In this document: positions 40,101 to 53,073 of the stretch, piece after piece
How positions within the stretch are numbered: the stretch's first letter is position 1
Layout of the letters: each line of letters begins with the position of its first letter
NCBI GenBank assembly: GCA_000165425.1
Contig: CT868141.1
Location: 434,001 to 498,000 of the forward strand
Reading direction: 5' to 3'
DNA length: 64,000 nucleotides
DNA from: Paramecium tetraurelia
Taxonomy: Eukaryota
Translations under genes and position numbers: made by a program
The notes under the pieces: model-generated
Told to the model about the DNA's origin: nothing
Databases searched by the model: none
The model's input: the letters and a program-made list of their open reading frames with translations, nothing else

Positions 40101-43100
40101 GTTGTATTTTAACAAGTCAAACAATTGCTATCACAACTTGATTAACATTAATTAGTTGATGAATTTAAATAATTTCCAGAATCACATGTTAAACACTGTG
40201 TGGTTGTAGTTTAACAAGTTTAGCAATTACTATCACAAGTAGATTAACATTGGTGAGTTGATAAATTTAAATAATTTCCTGAATCACAAGATAAACAATT
40301 AGTTGGTGTAGTCTAACAAGTCAAGCAATTACTATCACAAATTAACTCACATTAATGAGTTGATGAGTTTAATTAATATCCAGAATCGCAGGATAAACAA
40401 TATGTAGTTGAATTTTAACAAGTCAAACAATTAGTATCACAACTCGATTAGCATTGATGGGTTGATAAATTTAAATAATTTCCTGAATCACATGATAAAC
40501 AATATATTATTGTAGACTAACAAGTTAAACAATTGCTATCGCAAGTTGATTAACATGTATGAGTTGATTCGTTTAAATAATTACCTGAATCGCAAGACAA
40601 GCAGTAGGTTGTTGTATTTTAACAAGTTGCACAATTACTATCACAATTTGATGAGCATTGATTAGTGGATGAATTTAAATAATTACCAGAGTCACAGGAT
40701 AAACAGTATGCAGTTGTATTTTAACAAGTCAGGCAATTGGAATCGCAACTTGATTAACATTGATTCGTTGACGAATTTAAATAATTCCCAGAATCACATG
40801 TTAAACAATATGTTGTTGTAGTTTAACAAGTTGCGCAATTACTATCGCAAGTTGATTAACATTGATGGGTTGATAAATTTAAATAATTCCCAGAATCACA
40901 AGATAAACAATACGTTGTAGTAGTTAAACAAGTTGCGCAATTACTATCGCAACTTGATTGACATTAATTAGTTGATGAATTTAAATAATTTCCAGAATCA
41001 CATGTTAAACATTGTGTGGTTGTAGTTTAACATGTTTAGCAATTACTATCACAAGTAGATTAACATTGGTGAGTTAATATATTTAAATAATTTCCTGAAT
41101 CACAAGATAAACAATTAGTTGGTGTAGTCTAACAAGTCAAGCAATTGCTATCACAAGTAAACACACATAAATGAGTTGTTGAGTTTAATGAATATCCAGA
41201 ATCACAAGATAAGCAATATGTGGTTGAATTTTAACAGGTCAAACAATTAGTATCACAACTCGATTAACATCGATTTATGGATTCATTTAAGTAATTGCCA
41301 GAATCACAAGTTAAACAATTGGTTGTTTTATTTAAACAAGTTGCACAATTACTATCACAACTTGATTAGCATTAATGAGTTGATTCGTTTAAATAATTAC
41401 CTGAATCGCAAGATAAGCAGTAGGTTGTTGTATTTTAGCAAGTTGCGCAATTACTATCACAACTTGATGAGCATTGATTAGTGGATGAATTTAAATAATT
41501 ACCAGAGTCACAAGATAAACAGTATGTAGTTGTATTTTAACAAGTCAGGCAATTGCTATCACAGCTTGATTAGCATTAATGAGTTCCTACATTTAACAAC
41601 TAACCCGTATCACATGATATACAAAATGTTGTCGTCGTTTAACAGGTCAAACAATTGCTATCACAACTTGATGAGCATTAATGAGTTGATGAATTTAAAA
41701 AATTACCAGAGTCACAAGACAAACAATATGTTGTTGTGTTTTAACAAGTCAGGCAATTGCTATCGCAACTGGATTGGCATTAATGATTTGAAGAATTTAA
41801 AATAATTACCAGAATCACAAGATACACAATATGTTGTTGTATTTTGACAAGTCAAACAATTGCTATCACAGCTTGATTCGCATTAATGAGTTGATGAATT
41901 TAAATATTTACCAGAATCACAAGATAAGCAATGAGTTGATGTAGTCTAGCAAGTTAGACAATTACTATCACAAGTTAACTCACATTAATGAGTTGTTGCA
42001 TTCAATGTATTGCCAGAATCACACGATAAACAATATATTGTTGTGTTTTAACAAGTCAAGCAATTACTATCACAACTTGGTTAGCAAAAATGAGTGAATA
42101 AATTCAAATAATTACCTGTATCACAAGTTATGCAATATGTAGTTGTCGTCTAACAAGTGGAGCAATTGCTATCACAGCTTGATTCGCATTAATGAGTTGA
42201 TGAATTTAAATAATTTCCTGAATCACATGTTAAACATTACGTGGTTGTATTTTGACAAGTCAAACAATTACTATCACAATTTGACTAGCACTAATGAGTT
42301 GATGAATTTAAATAATTGCCTGAATCGCAAGTTAAGCAATATGTCGTTGTGGTCTAACAGGTTGCACAATTACTATCACAATTCGATTAGCACTAATAAG
42401 TTGATGAATTTAAATAATTTCCTATATCACAAGTTAAACACTATATGGTGGTGTTTTAACAAGTCAAGCAATTACTATCACAATTTGACTAGCACTAATG
42501 AGTTGATGAATTTAAATAACTACCTGAATTACAAGTCAAGCAATAAGTAGTTGTAGTTTAACAAGTTGCACAATTACTATCACAACTCGATTAACATTAA
42601 TGAGTTAATGAATTCAAATAATTACCTGCATCACACGTTAAGCAATATGTTGTTGTCGTCTAACAAGTTAAACAATTGCTATCGCAGCTTGATTCGCATT
42701 AATGTATTGATGAATTTAAATATTTACCAGAATCACAAGATAAGCAATGAGTTGATGTAGTCTAGCAAGTTAGACAATTACTATCACAAATTAACTCACA
42801 TTAATGAGTTGTTGCATTCAATGCATAGCCAGAATCACACGATAGACAATATTTTGTTGTAGTCTAACAAGTCAAGCAATTGCTATCACAGCTTGATTAG
42901 CATTAATGATTTGACTCATTTAAATATTATCCTGTATCACAAGAAATACAATATATTGTTGTAGTCTAACAAGTCAAGCAATTACTGTCACAACTTGATT
43001 AGCATTAATGAGAGGACGAATTTAAATATTTACCCGAGTCACATGAAGTACATGTTGTTGTTTTTTCAAAACAGGTAGCACAGTTTGAATCGCAATTCAA

Positions 43101-43580
43101 TTAGCAAATATTTAATGATTCATTTAAATACATATTTGATGCACATGATAAGCAATGATTATAATATAATAAACACGTTTAACAGTTTTCGTAACAACTA
43201 TTAACACAAGTGCTATCTACTGAATTTATATATAAAGGGCAAGTATCTACACAATTCTCCTGGTTTTTGAATTTTGGTGGATCACATGATACGCATGTAT
43301 TACTTGTAGTATCCAAATATTTATTTTAGAGTATATTGCATTTCGTGCAATAATTGGAGTTATTTTAGCATTCTAAACAGTTTACATCACAATTCAAGCA
43401 TGTACTGCCAGACAAATACCAACCTTATATGCAATTATCGCAAGTTGTCCCATCAGAACATGTTGCACATTCAGTAAGGCAATTTAAACAGCCTCCTAAT
43501 CCATCATCATATTATTAAGATGTACATTAACTGTATACTTAAGTAATCAGAATTAAAATACTTAAAAACAAAGTATTCAT
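25101..43580 (-). CDS. Giant cysteine-rich polycystin-1/REJ-like surface protein, copy B (~6141 aa if two 1-nt insertions are corrected; otherwise a pseudogene)
   Basis: ATG43580 opens MNTLFLSILILITQVYSQCTSQQYDDGLGGCL. Colinear with copy A, with the same two 3' introns (25682-25707, 25338-25363) and TGA at 25101-25103. The reading frame shifts by +1 at ~41800 and again at ~39454; (18480-52-2)/3 = 6142 codons. Confidence 0.82.
26873..26957 (-). repeat. Coding microsatellite NGT(NST)5 plus KRRLLQ in copy B
   Basis: The reverse complement reads aat gga acc aac agt aca aat agc act aat agt acg aat agc aca aat agt aca aat tca gga aat aag aga aga ctc ctt taa. Confidence 0.93.
37100..43196 (-). repeat. 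Tandem array of ~60 x 102-bp (34-aa) Cys-rich units, consensus CDSNCLTCQNTTTYCLSCDSGNYLNSSTHQCQSS
   Basis: Successive CD codons are 102 bp apart (e.g. 41662 and 41764). The first unit start (~43196) and last unit start (~37176) are about 59 periods apart. Confidence 0.95.
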
Positions 43581-44151
43581 ATTTTATAAATATTTTTAAA
43601 GAGGTTTGCTTAGAAAATTATTTATACATTCAATAAAGATATATTAGATTCTTAAAACTTTATAATTAGAGAATAAGTAGTAAATCTATATTCAAAATAT
43701 TGTATAAAATTCATTAATTAATTAATTTTATGAATCATGTTTTAGAGTTTGATAAATTAATCTTTAAAAACCGCATTTCTTTTTATAATGTTCAAAGGAT
43801 AATTTATTATTCTGTAGAAGTTAGTAAAATCTTATCGAATAGATTTAATGAATTTTCTAAGATTTTAAGACTTTTAAAATTTGCAGATTTATACAATTCA
43901 AAGAAAAATTGTAAGTTATTCATTTTTTGGTAAAAAAAATATGAAATTTCTAAAATGCAAAGCTATAATTTAAAATTAAAATTTTATTTTCCACAGGTTT
44001 AGTTGTCTGAAATTTATATATTTGTCTACAGCCAATAATTTGACTAATAAGTTGAAAGCATAATGGTTTGGAAATTCAAATAAAGATAATAGTTTGTAAA
44101 ACAGCTTTATTGATGCTCTACCACTATGTCATAGAGGTTATTGAAATAATA

Positions 44152-44520
44152 TCACTTTAGATTTCTCAAAGTATAAATTACAGAATCCCCTCTTAAAAAC
44201 ATTTTTGGAATATAGTAAAATATAATTTTATATTGGTTTTAAATCTTTCTTTATTTGTAGCATGGGCTTTTTCCCTTTGTTTCCTTTGATATTTCTATCC
44301 ACATTTCAGTTAGATTCTCAAGAATCTTAATTGTTTATATAAGATAGATATACCATATTCATATGTCTATCGAAAGCTTTAACTCTTCCTAAATGCTTTC
44401 TATTATTTCTTAGCTCTAAAAAAGCTTGAGTATTATGATTCATAGTAATTGTTAATAATCCAAACGGTCCTTTTTCCAGTGTTGCTTCTTCAGCTGTTCG
44501 CTTCTGCGTTTCACCCTTTT
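44152..44520 (-). pseudogene. SMD2: Decayed snRNP core protein Sm D2 copy
   Basis: GPFGLLTITMNHNTQAFLELRNNRKHLGRVKAFDRHMNM(intron)ILENLTEMW...YIPKMFLRGDSVIYTLRNLK-TGA. No ATG at the expected start, the ATNKER segment is out of frame, and the apparent second intron lacks GT/AG ends. Confidence 0.72.
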
Positions 44521-44733
44521 AACAATAATTTGATTATAATAAAATATTTATTCTTATATTTTATTAGATAGATTATCTAATTTACATGTAGCAATGAACA
44601 TTTGAAATATACTTAATAAGCTAAGCACTTGAATACATAAAATTCTTAGATAGTAGAATTTCTTTAATATTAACCATTTTGAATTTTGAGTTCACTTCAA
44701 ATTATTAAATACCCACTAATATATAATAATCTA

Positions 44734-45988
<1,255 letters not shown>

Positions 45989-46325
45989 TTCAATTTTTTA
46001 ATAATTATAAAACTCAAAATAAATAACTCAAAATTTTATTTTTCTCTTTACAATATTAATAAATTTTACTCAAAAGCAATATAATAATACCTTATAACTT
46101 GATATAATTAATTCTAATTTGAATAGATTTGTCATTTCTAACTAATCTAATCTTCTTCTTCAAATATTCTGGACAAAGACTGATCTGTTTTAATAAGAAA
46201 TAAATCCTATTATTATTGATATAATTGTAATATTAACAAACTTCCAATTTTTAAGTCATTTAATTCTTCCTTAATTATTCATTCTTAAGGTAATAATAAG
46301 TATAATGTTATCAATAAATATAATA

Positions 46326-47110
46326 TCATTTTTTGTCCTTTTTCTATCTTTTTATCTGTACTAAAGGTCTTAAACCTTCTTGCCATTATATTGTGGACAT
46401 TTTAGTACCTGGCACAAACATATGTCTTACGTGCTAAATATTTTTCTCATTAAATTTCATTGAATATTAAGGGTAATGAGTATCTGGATCAAAAGCTTTT
46501 ATTTTATATGATTAACAATTACCACTATATGTTAGTTTAGATAATTTATTTCCACTAATGCTAAGAGACTTCCTTTTTTATACTTCTTCCTTATAATTAG
46601 GCAAAAATTCAGGAAAAAAATCTTTCCTTTTGGTTTTCGGCACAGTAGTCCAATTGCGTTCTTTTTCAACAAGACTTTTATCAGTTTTAGCATAGGACCT
46701 AAGACCAGTTTCAAATTCTGCTTGACTTATGTGGGGAGTAGGTCCTATTCTACCCTTCACCAAATGTAAAATCGAAGAAGAATTTCCTGTGTAATTGACA
46801 TCTCTGGAAAGATGTCTTTCTTTTTAAGACTCAATTTTTTGATCTCCTCTTGAAAAAACTTGATTAGGAATCCGAGCTAACTTTGATGTCATTTCTGCCT
46901 ATTGTCAAACAACTAATTTACATTATCCATGTTTCTTAACTGAAGCACAAACTCAATATCTTTTTCTGTGATGTATGGTTCTGCTAAAAAATGGCTATAA
47001 TAATTAACGTTTCTAGGGATTCCATGCTTTTCAGGAGTTTTATGAGTTTAGGATTTTCCTGGTTTTGGAATGGTAGAATGAGAGACGCTCTTTGCTACTT
47101 AGTTTTTCAT
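46326..47110 (-). CDS. Hypothetical basic protein
   Basis: ATG47110; includes the ORF-track peptide VKGRIGPTPHISQAEFETGLRSY and the C-terminus VRHMFVPGTKMSTIQWQEGLRPLVQIKRQKKDKK-TGA. Introns are not fully resolved. Confidence 0.6.
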
Positions 47111-47278
47111 ATTTTTAATAATTATTAATTTAATACTTTTATATTAGAAATATTAAATAAGAAAGAATCTCGAATAATTTTCACTGTTATGAATCAACAA
47201 CTTGAATAATAATACATAAACCTATGTTTTTATATTAATAAATATAATATATAATTGAAAGTTAATACTCTTTATTCA

Positions 47279-48575
47279 ATGGGCTAATGCTGTTTAGGGT
47301 ATTAAGGATAAGAAAGGAAATGCCAAATTATTTTGTAAACTTAGATCCAAAATACAATTATTTCTGAACAAGATCTGAACTACATTAATTAAATTAAACT
47401 TATACAAGGTAATAGATATTAACCTACATTAGCTTGTGTTAGAGGCTATTTAGTAAGAAAAAGATTATAAGGCTTAATCAAAAAATTGAAAGAAAAAAAT
47501 ATTTTAATGAAGGAAAAGAAATACAACTCTAATGAGTTAAGTTTCAATGACTCTACACCATTTTAGGACACTAAACCATCTTAGACTACAAAATTGGAAT
47601 GCTTACAAGCAGAAAAAATAAAACTATTGGACAAAGTACCTGATTATTTAGTTAATAGAGTGAATAAGGTAATATGACACTTTATTTTTAATTTAAAGAT
47701 TCTATAATAATATACATCATTTAATTATGATAATGAAGAAGAGAATAAATTTAATTTTCAGATCCATCAATTGAATGATGGTTGCATTTATTAAGGACAG
47801 TGGAAAAATGGGTACTATAAATAATAATTTTTGTGAGATTGAAACATGGTTGTGGTAGACAATTTTGGCTTAATGGTTCATATTATGAAGGATATTGGGC
47901 TGATAACATGTTCCAAGGAAGAGGTAGGTTAATAAAATTGGATGGTGACATTTATTAAGGAGAATTCAAAAATAATAAGGCTTCAGGAAAAGTTAAAGTA
48001 ATTTAGTATGTAGGGAACTCTTTACAGCATTGAAGGTCTTAAATATGAAGGATAATGGGAAGACAATGTAAAAAATGGTTATGGTACCGAAATATGGTGT
48101 GATGGATCTGTGTATGAGGGTTATTATAAAAATGGTCTCAAAAATGGATAAGGAACATTTAAATGGGCTGATGGATCTGTCTACAATGGTGAATTTGTTA
48201 ATGGAAATATTGAAGGAGAAGGCGAATTCAAATGGGAGGATGGTAGAATTTATAGTGGTTAATGGAAGAACAATTAAATGGATGGTTAAGGAGTAAATTG
48301 TTTTTTTTATTTTAGATTTTCCAATGGCCAGATAATAGAAAATATTTAGGTAGCTATTAGAATGGGGTTAAAGAAGGGTTTGGATCATTCGAATGGCCAG
48401 ATGGCAGAGTAAGTTTCATATTTTATCTAAGATATATAAAGGTCAGTGGTTAAATAACAAACAGCATGGATTTGGAACCTATTTAGGATCGAATGGAATA
48501 GAAAAGGAAGGAGAATGGGCTGAAGGTAAACTAGTGCGTTGGTAAAAGAATAAGAACCGAATTTAAGACTCTTGA
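47279..48575 (+). CDS. IQ-motif plus MORN-repeat protein with MGQCC N-terminus
   Basis: IQACVRGYLVRKR after splicing a 24-nt intron; about nine YxGxWxxxxxxGxGxxxWxDG repeats; several tiny introns; TGA at 48573-48575. Confidence 0.88.
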
Positions 48576-49434
48576 TATATATTTAATACTACTTTCTCAG
48601 TAATCTTCATTATTTAGATTATTTATTTTTTAGACAATTAAATTATTTTCATTTTAAACTTCAAATAGTGTAAAAATACTTATTCCTTGCTTTAAAAAAC
48701 TTGTAAAGAAATAATGAACAGGTCATCTAAGAAAAGTTTATATTACATATGAAAAAATGAAGTTTATTACAAAATCATTTTAAATCAAAGGAGAACACAA
48801 TTTTCCTTTAGAATTTTATGAAATAATTGAGAATTGAATCTATCTTTTATAAAAACTAACATTAAAGTAGCTCTTTATTGAGAGGGATATTAATAGTTAA
48901 ATAAAAATTGTTAAAATGCTAAATTTTAACAATGGTAAGTTCAGTCAGGAAATATCCATTATATTAGTACCACTCAATACGATAGTTTTAATTTCCATAA
49001 TAATTTTTAGCAATACTATTATAAATTAGGATTATAATTCATAATATAAAAACGACAGTTATAACATGATGCTTTTCGATAAATAATATTGTTTAATTTA
49101 CTTGCCTTTTTAAATATTAGATTAAGCAATTTAAAGAAATCATGTTAAATTCAATAATTTTTCTATTAATAATAATTAATGTGCAATTAAGATTTTAATC
49201 CTTTTTCGTTGAGTCTAGATTTCTTTTTTTACTTAAAATCAGGGCAATTTAAAAATTAGGATTAAAAATTTTATAGAATTGAAAGAATTTAGTATTCAAA
49301 TTAAGGATGAATAACAAAGGATAATTTTTACAAGTTGGATTTGATGACTAAAAACTATGAAATTAAATTATCTCACATTTATATGAAAATTAATATTAAA
49401 ATTTTATATCAAATATTCAGGGTGATATAAGTCA

Positions 49435-51005
49435 ATGAGATCAAGACGAAGTTCTAAGTTCCATTCCAATGATATTTCAAAGGATAATATATTGAGTAGT
49501 AGTCGTAAACCATCCCCTCCCAAAATCTACACAAACTCCTCAAATGTCAATTAAATGACATAGGAGAGCAGCTTCTAAAGAAAAGGAAGAAGCACTCCAA
49601 AAGATTGTCTTGGATTAGTAAATCCTTATTAATGTAAGAGAGTTAAAAATCATTAGAAAAGTTATTATTACCTAATAGAGATACATCAAAAATGTCTAAT
49701 AAAAGTGGAAGGAGTAATTTTGAATCAGAGGTATGTGGAAATTATTGATAATTAGTGAAGAGTCCAAATTTGATAATTTAGCCAAAATCAGAGGAGAACA
49801 TGGAAATTGAGTGCTAATCACCGATAAAATAATATAGCGGTTTGAAGCATCCGTTCTTTAGTAACTCTGGAATTTCTAAAAACTAGCCCGCAAGAAGAGT
49901 GATTAAAGATGCTTCCCTTAATAATAGTTAATTGAGATAGAAGGAATCATAAGATATATTGAAAACATCAGAGAAATAAAGAGCAAACAAACTAAGAAAG
50001 GCAAATTATCATCAGTAATAAGATGGTGACTCTTAATGTCAAGTCTATGAGTTTAATCGAGAATTGAAAGCATTAAGAGTAAAGAGAACTGAGTCATTTG
50101 AATGGTTATAAGAGGAATCTTAGGTTTCTGAAGAATCTCAATTTAATTAATTTAACTAGATAAATTTGGGAATATATTACATGGATAATTTACGAAATTA
50201 TTTGAAAGGATTAAACCTAGAAGGATTGTATGCTTAAATGTATATAAATCATTTCGTTCAGCAGTTTCATAGTTTGTAATTAAGTAAATAAATGTAATAG
50301 CCTGATTAGAATAAGTTAGAGGCAAAAATGCTGCAGCTATAAAAAATAAGTAAAATAAATTAATATTATAGAAAATTAAAAAACTCTAGTTTTAGACTTG
50401 GATGAAACACTGATGCATTGTAATGAATAGTAATAAATGAAATTTGATTTTAAAATACCAATCTAAATGCCAAATGGATAAGTTCATGAAGTATGTTTAA
50501 ATATATTAATTAGGCAGGAATAAGCGTTAGACCATATGCATAATAGTTTTTATCAGAATGCTCAAAACATTTTGAAATAATTATATTTACAGCTTCTCAT
50601 TAATTATATGCTGATAAAATAATTGACAAGCTTGATCCATCTCGTAAATGGGTATCTCATCGACTTTATAGAGAGAATTGTATACAAACTTAATAAGGAA
50701 TATATGTTAAGGATTTAAGAATAATAAATAGAGATTTAAAAGACATTGTTTTGATTGATAATGCTGCTTATTCATATGCTTTTTAAATAGAAAATGGTAT
50801 ACCAATTATACCATATATTGATAATGTAAAAGATATTGTAATAATAATTTATATTTTAAAGGAATTGTTAGGTGTTATAGATTACTTAAAGATTTTGTTA
50901 TAAATTAATGATGTTAGAGAGATTAATGTAAAGACTTTTCTCTTAAATAAAATCCAATAATGTGCAAGTTTAGATGCAGCAATAAAACTTCTATTAGTAG
51001 CTTGA
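49435..51005 (+). CDS. NIF/FCP1-SCP (CTDSP-like) HAD phosphatase with long disordered N-terminus
   Basis: KTLVLDLDETLMHC, VRPYA..FL, FEIIIFTASHQLYADKIIDKLDP, HRLYRENC, YVKDLRIINRDL and LIDN...NGIPI motifs. The start codon is uncertain. Confidence 0.87.
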
Positions 51006-51286
51006 TCAAATTTTTGATTTTCATTTTTGTGTATTTAATAAATAATCTTTCCATAATTAGAAAATAGAATTCATAAAATTTATTTTAGATGATTTGAAAT
51101 AAATAACTAATATCAAGTTGAATGTTAGAAAAAATGAACATGAATTCCATATTGAAATTTATATTAAATAAAATATGATTGAAAACAAAATTTATATTAA
51201 TCATCTTAAGAATCAATGAAATAAGCAAGTTGTCATATTTGATTTATTTAAATATACTTATGTTTTATGTATCAATATATGATAAT

Positions 51287-52025
51287 TCAATAATTTCTAC
51301 TTTACCCCACTCTTTGTTAGGATGTACGAACATCTTAATTTTATTTCTCTAATCTCTTTTATTCTTCTTGTAAATCTTATAATTATCTTTATGATTATGT
51401 ATAATCTCTTTCTAATTATTAGAACCTCTTCTACCAAGTTTCTATTTCATTTGAGTAGTGGACTGTTCGTTCTTAGATTTATATTTCAATTGATTCTTAT
51501 TATTAATGAATTTGATTCTCTAATTCAGAAATTTCTCTATCTCTATCCTAAATCATCTGTTGCAATTAAGCTTTCTTTGATTCTAATTCTCTTAATCTAG
51601 TATCATCAATAACCTCAATAGCATCTGGTTCAGTAGGGCCTGGTCCTTTTCTCAATTGAATTTACAATTCCAAAATCTGTCTCTCTAAAGTTGCACACTT
51701 TAATCTCCAAGGTGCCTCGATTTCTATAGGAATAATTTAGATTGTTACCATCCATATTTATGACTTATGTGGGTTTCTCTTAGTAGACAGTAGGCAACAC
51801 ATTAGGTTTGGATTATATGTTTTAGGGTACATAATTGACTTGTGGTGGAAGTGGAAATTATTATTAGAATTGCAATGGCTGTTAAATAATTGGTTAGGTT
51901 GTGGTCTAAATAGGATATCCCTATCTTTAACCAATAACTGGCTAATTAGTATTGGGTAGTATGATATTATATTGATTTTGGTTTGGCTGTTGGAAAAATG
52001 CTGGGTTTCTGTTGTCGTTGATCAT
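51287..52025 (-). CDS. Hypothetical protein with Pro/Gln-rich head and coiled-coil body
   Basis: ATG52025 (MINDNRNPAFFQQPNQ), EIEAPWRLKCATLERQILELQIQL, heptad-rich tail, SRNY-TGA at 51287-51289. Confidence 0.65.
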
Positions 52026-52106
52026 TAGAGAGTATAGGTTTAAAATAAATATTATTGCAAATATATATAAATAAATCTTCTATGAGTATTCTTTTTTTAG
52101 TATATT

Positions 52107-52943
52107 TCATATGTCTGCACAGCAATTGTTACACTAAGCCTTTTTTTGGTTGGATTAATTCTAATCTCCATAATATTCAATAAATTCTTCGGTATTAGGA
52201 TTATTTATCTATTAGTGATGCTACTTGATTACCTTTTATAACTATTTCTTGTATTAACCATTTTGATTTACAATTTTGCTTGTTGACATGGAACAGTTGG
52301 CATTATTGACATGCTTAATCCCATATTATTCATTCACTAAGTTGGGGTCCTCCATGGCCATCTAATAGATTTGATGTGCCAATTCCATGAATGCATTTTC
52401 TACATTAGATCCTTACAAAGCAGAACATTCAGTATATAGACACTCATTTTCTTTGGCATATTGAACTGCTTCATAAGATTCTACTTCTCTTTGATTCTGA
52501 AGGTCTGTCTTGTTGCCAATGAGTAGAAATTTCATCCTGCTATTGCCATTGTCAAGGGCCTCACGATGCCAATTACGGATGTTTTCAAATGTCTCACGTC
52601 TTGTAATGTCAAAAACCATGATAGCTCCCGCTGCTGCTCTGTAATACAAACGTGTCACACTTTTGAAATTCTCTTGTCCAGACTTTTCATTAAGGATCTT
52701 TTTACTGTATCCCACATCTGCAATTTAATGACATGATCATTCACTTAGATATATTTGATATTGAATTCAACTCCAATAGTCATATTATAGTCATCACAAA
52801 ACCTCTTCTCGACAAATTACTTAAGCAACGATGTCTTACCAACAGCTACAAAGATTCAGTGTATCATAAATACCAACATCTCCAATCAAAATAAATTTGA
52901 ATAATAGACTTGCCTCATTCTCATCGATATTATTTTACAACAT
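52107..52943 (-). CDS. Rab GTPase (Rab2/4/14-like, divergent)
   Basis: LFKFILIGDVAVGKT, TIGVEF, KLQMWDTSGQENFKSVTRLYYR, GNKTDL, ECSAL, and C-terminal CNNCCADI; two tiny introns. Confidence 0.92.
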
Positions 52944-53073
52944 TATTTTATTTAAACATTGAATAACTAATATAACTATCTATTTTTAAGACAAATTCAT
53001 ATATCTAAATATAAATGATCAAATATAACTATGGATAACTTATAGATAGTTATATTTATTTGACGAAGTTATT

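Noticed and set aside
41790..41810. Euplotes-style programmed +1 frameshift
   Set aside because: That mechanism needs AAA followed by a stop codon. Here TAA/TAG are sense codons and the site reads TAT TTT AAA.
39934..42760. Plus-strand N/L/M-rich ORFs in the ORF track (e.g. MINMNELIRLNNYL...)
   Set aside because: They are antisense shadows of the 102-bp Cys-repeat array of copy B.
37100..43196. Array considered as CRISPR-like or non-coding satellite
   Set aside because: There are no unique spacers. Units are whole codon multiples with conserved Cys and largely codon-respecting variation, so the array is protein-coding.
409..43580. Giant inverted repeat as the arms of a transposon or virus
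   Set aside because: No transposase, integrase or capsid gene was seen. The arms are receptor genes and the interior holds ordinary housekeeping genes.
25101..43580. Classical GPI-anchored Paramecium surface antigen or mtA
   Set aside because: The protein has REJ/GPS-like modules and a multi-pass C-terminus, and a 34-aa six-Cys period rather than the longer eight-Cys antigen period. It is also far larger than mtA.
44213..44244. AT-AC (U12-type) intron in SmD2
   Set aside because: It lacks the ATATCCTT 5' consensus and a branch site, and is better explained as a decayed GT-AG intron in a pseudogene.
48580..49430. Longer AT-rich intergenic stretches (also 18830-19370, 21900-22440, 24390-25100, 56820-57320) as RNA genes, IESs or telomere sites
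   Set aside because: No tRNA or snRNA structure, convincing TA-bounded IES consensus or C4A2/C3A3 repeats could be recognised by eye.
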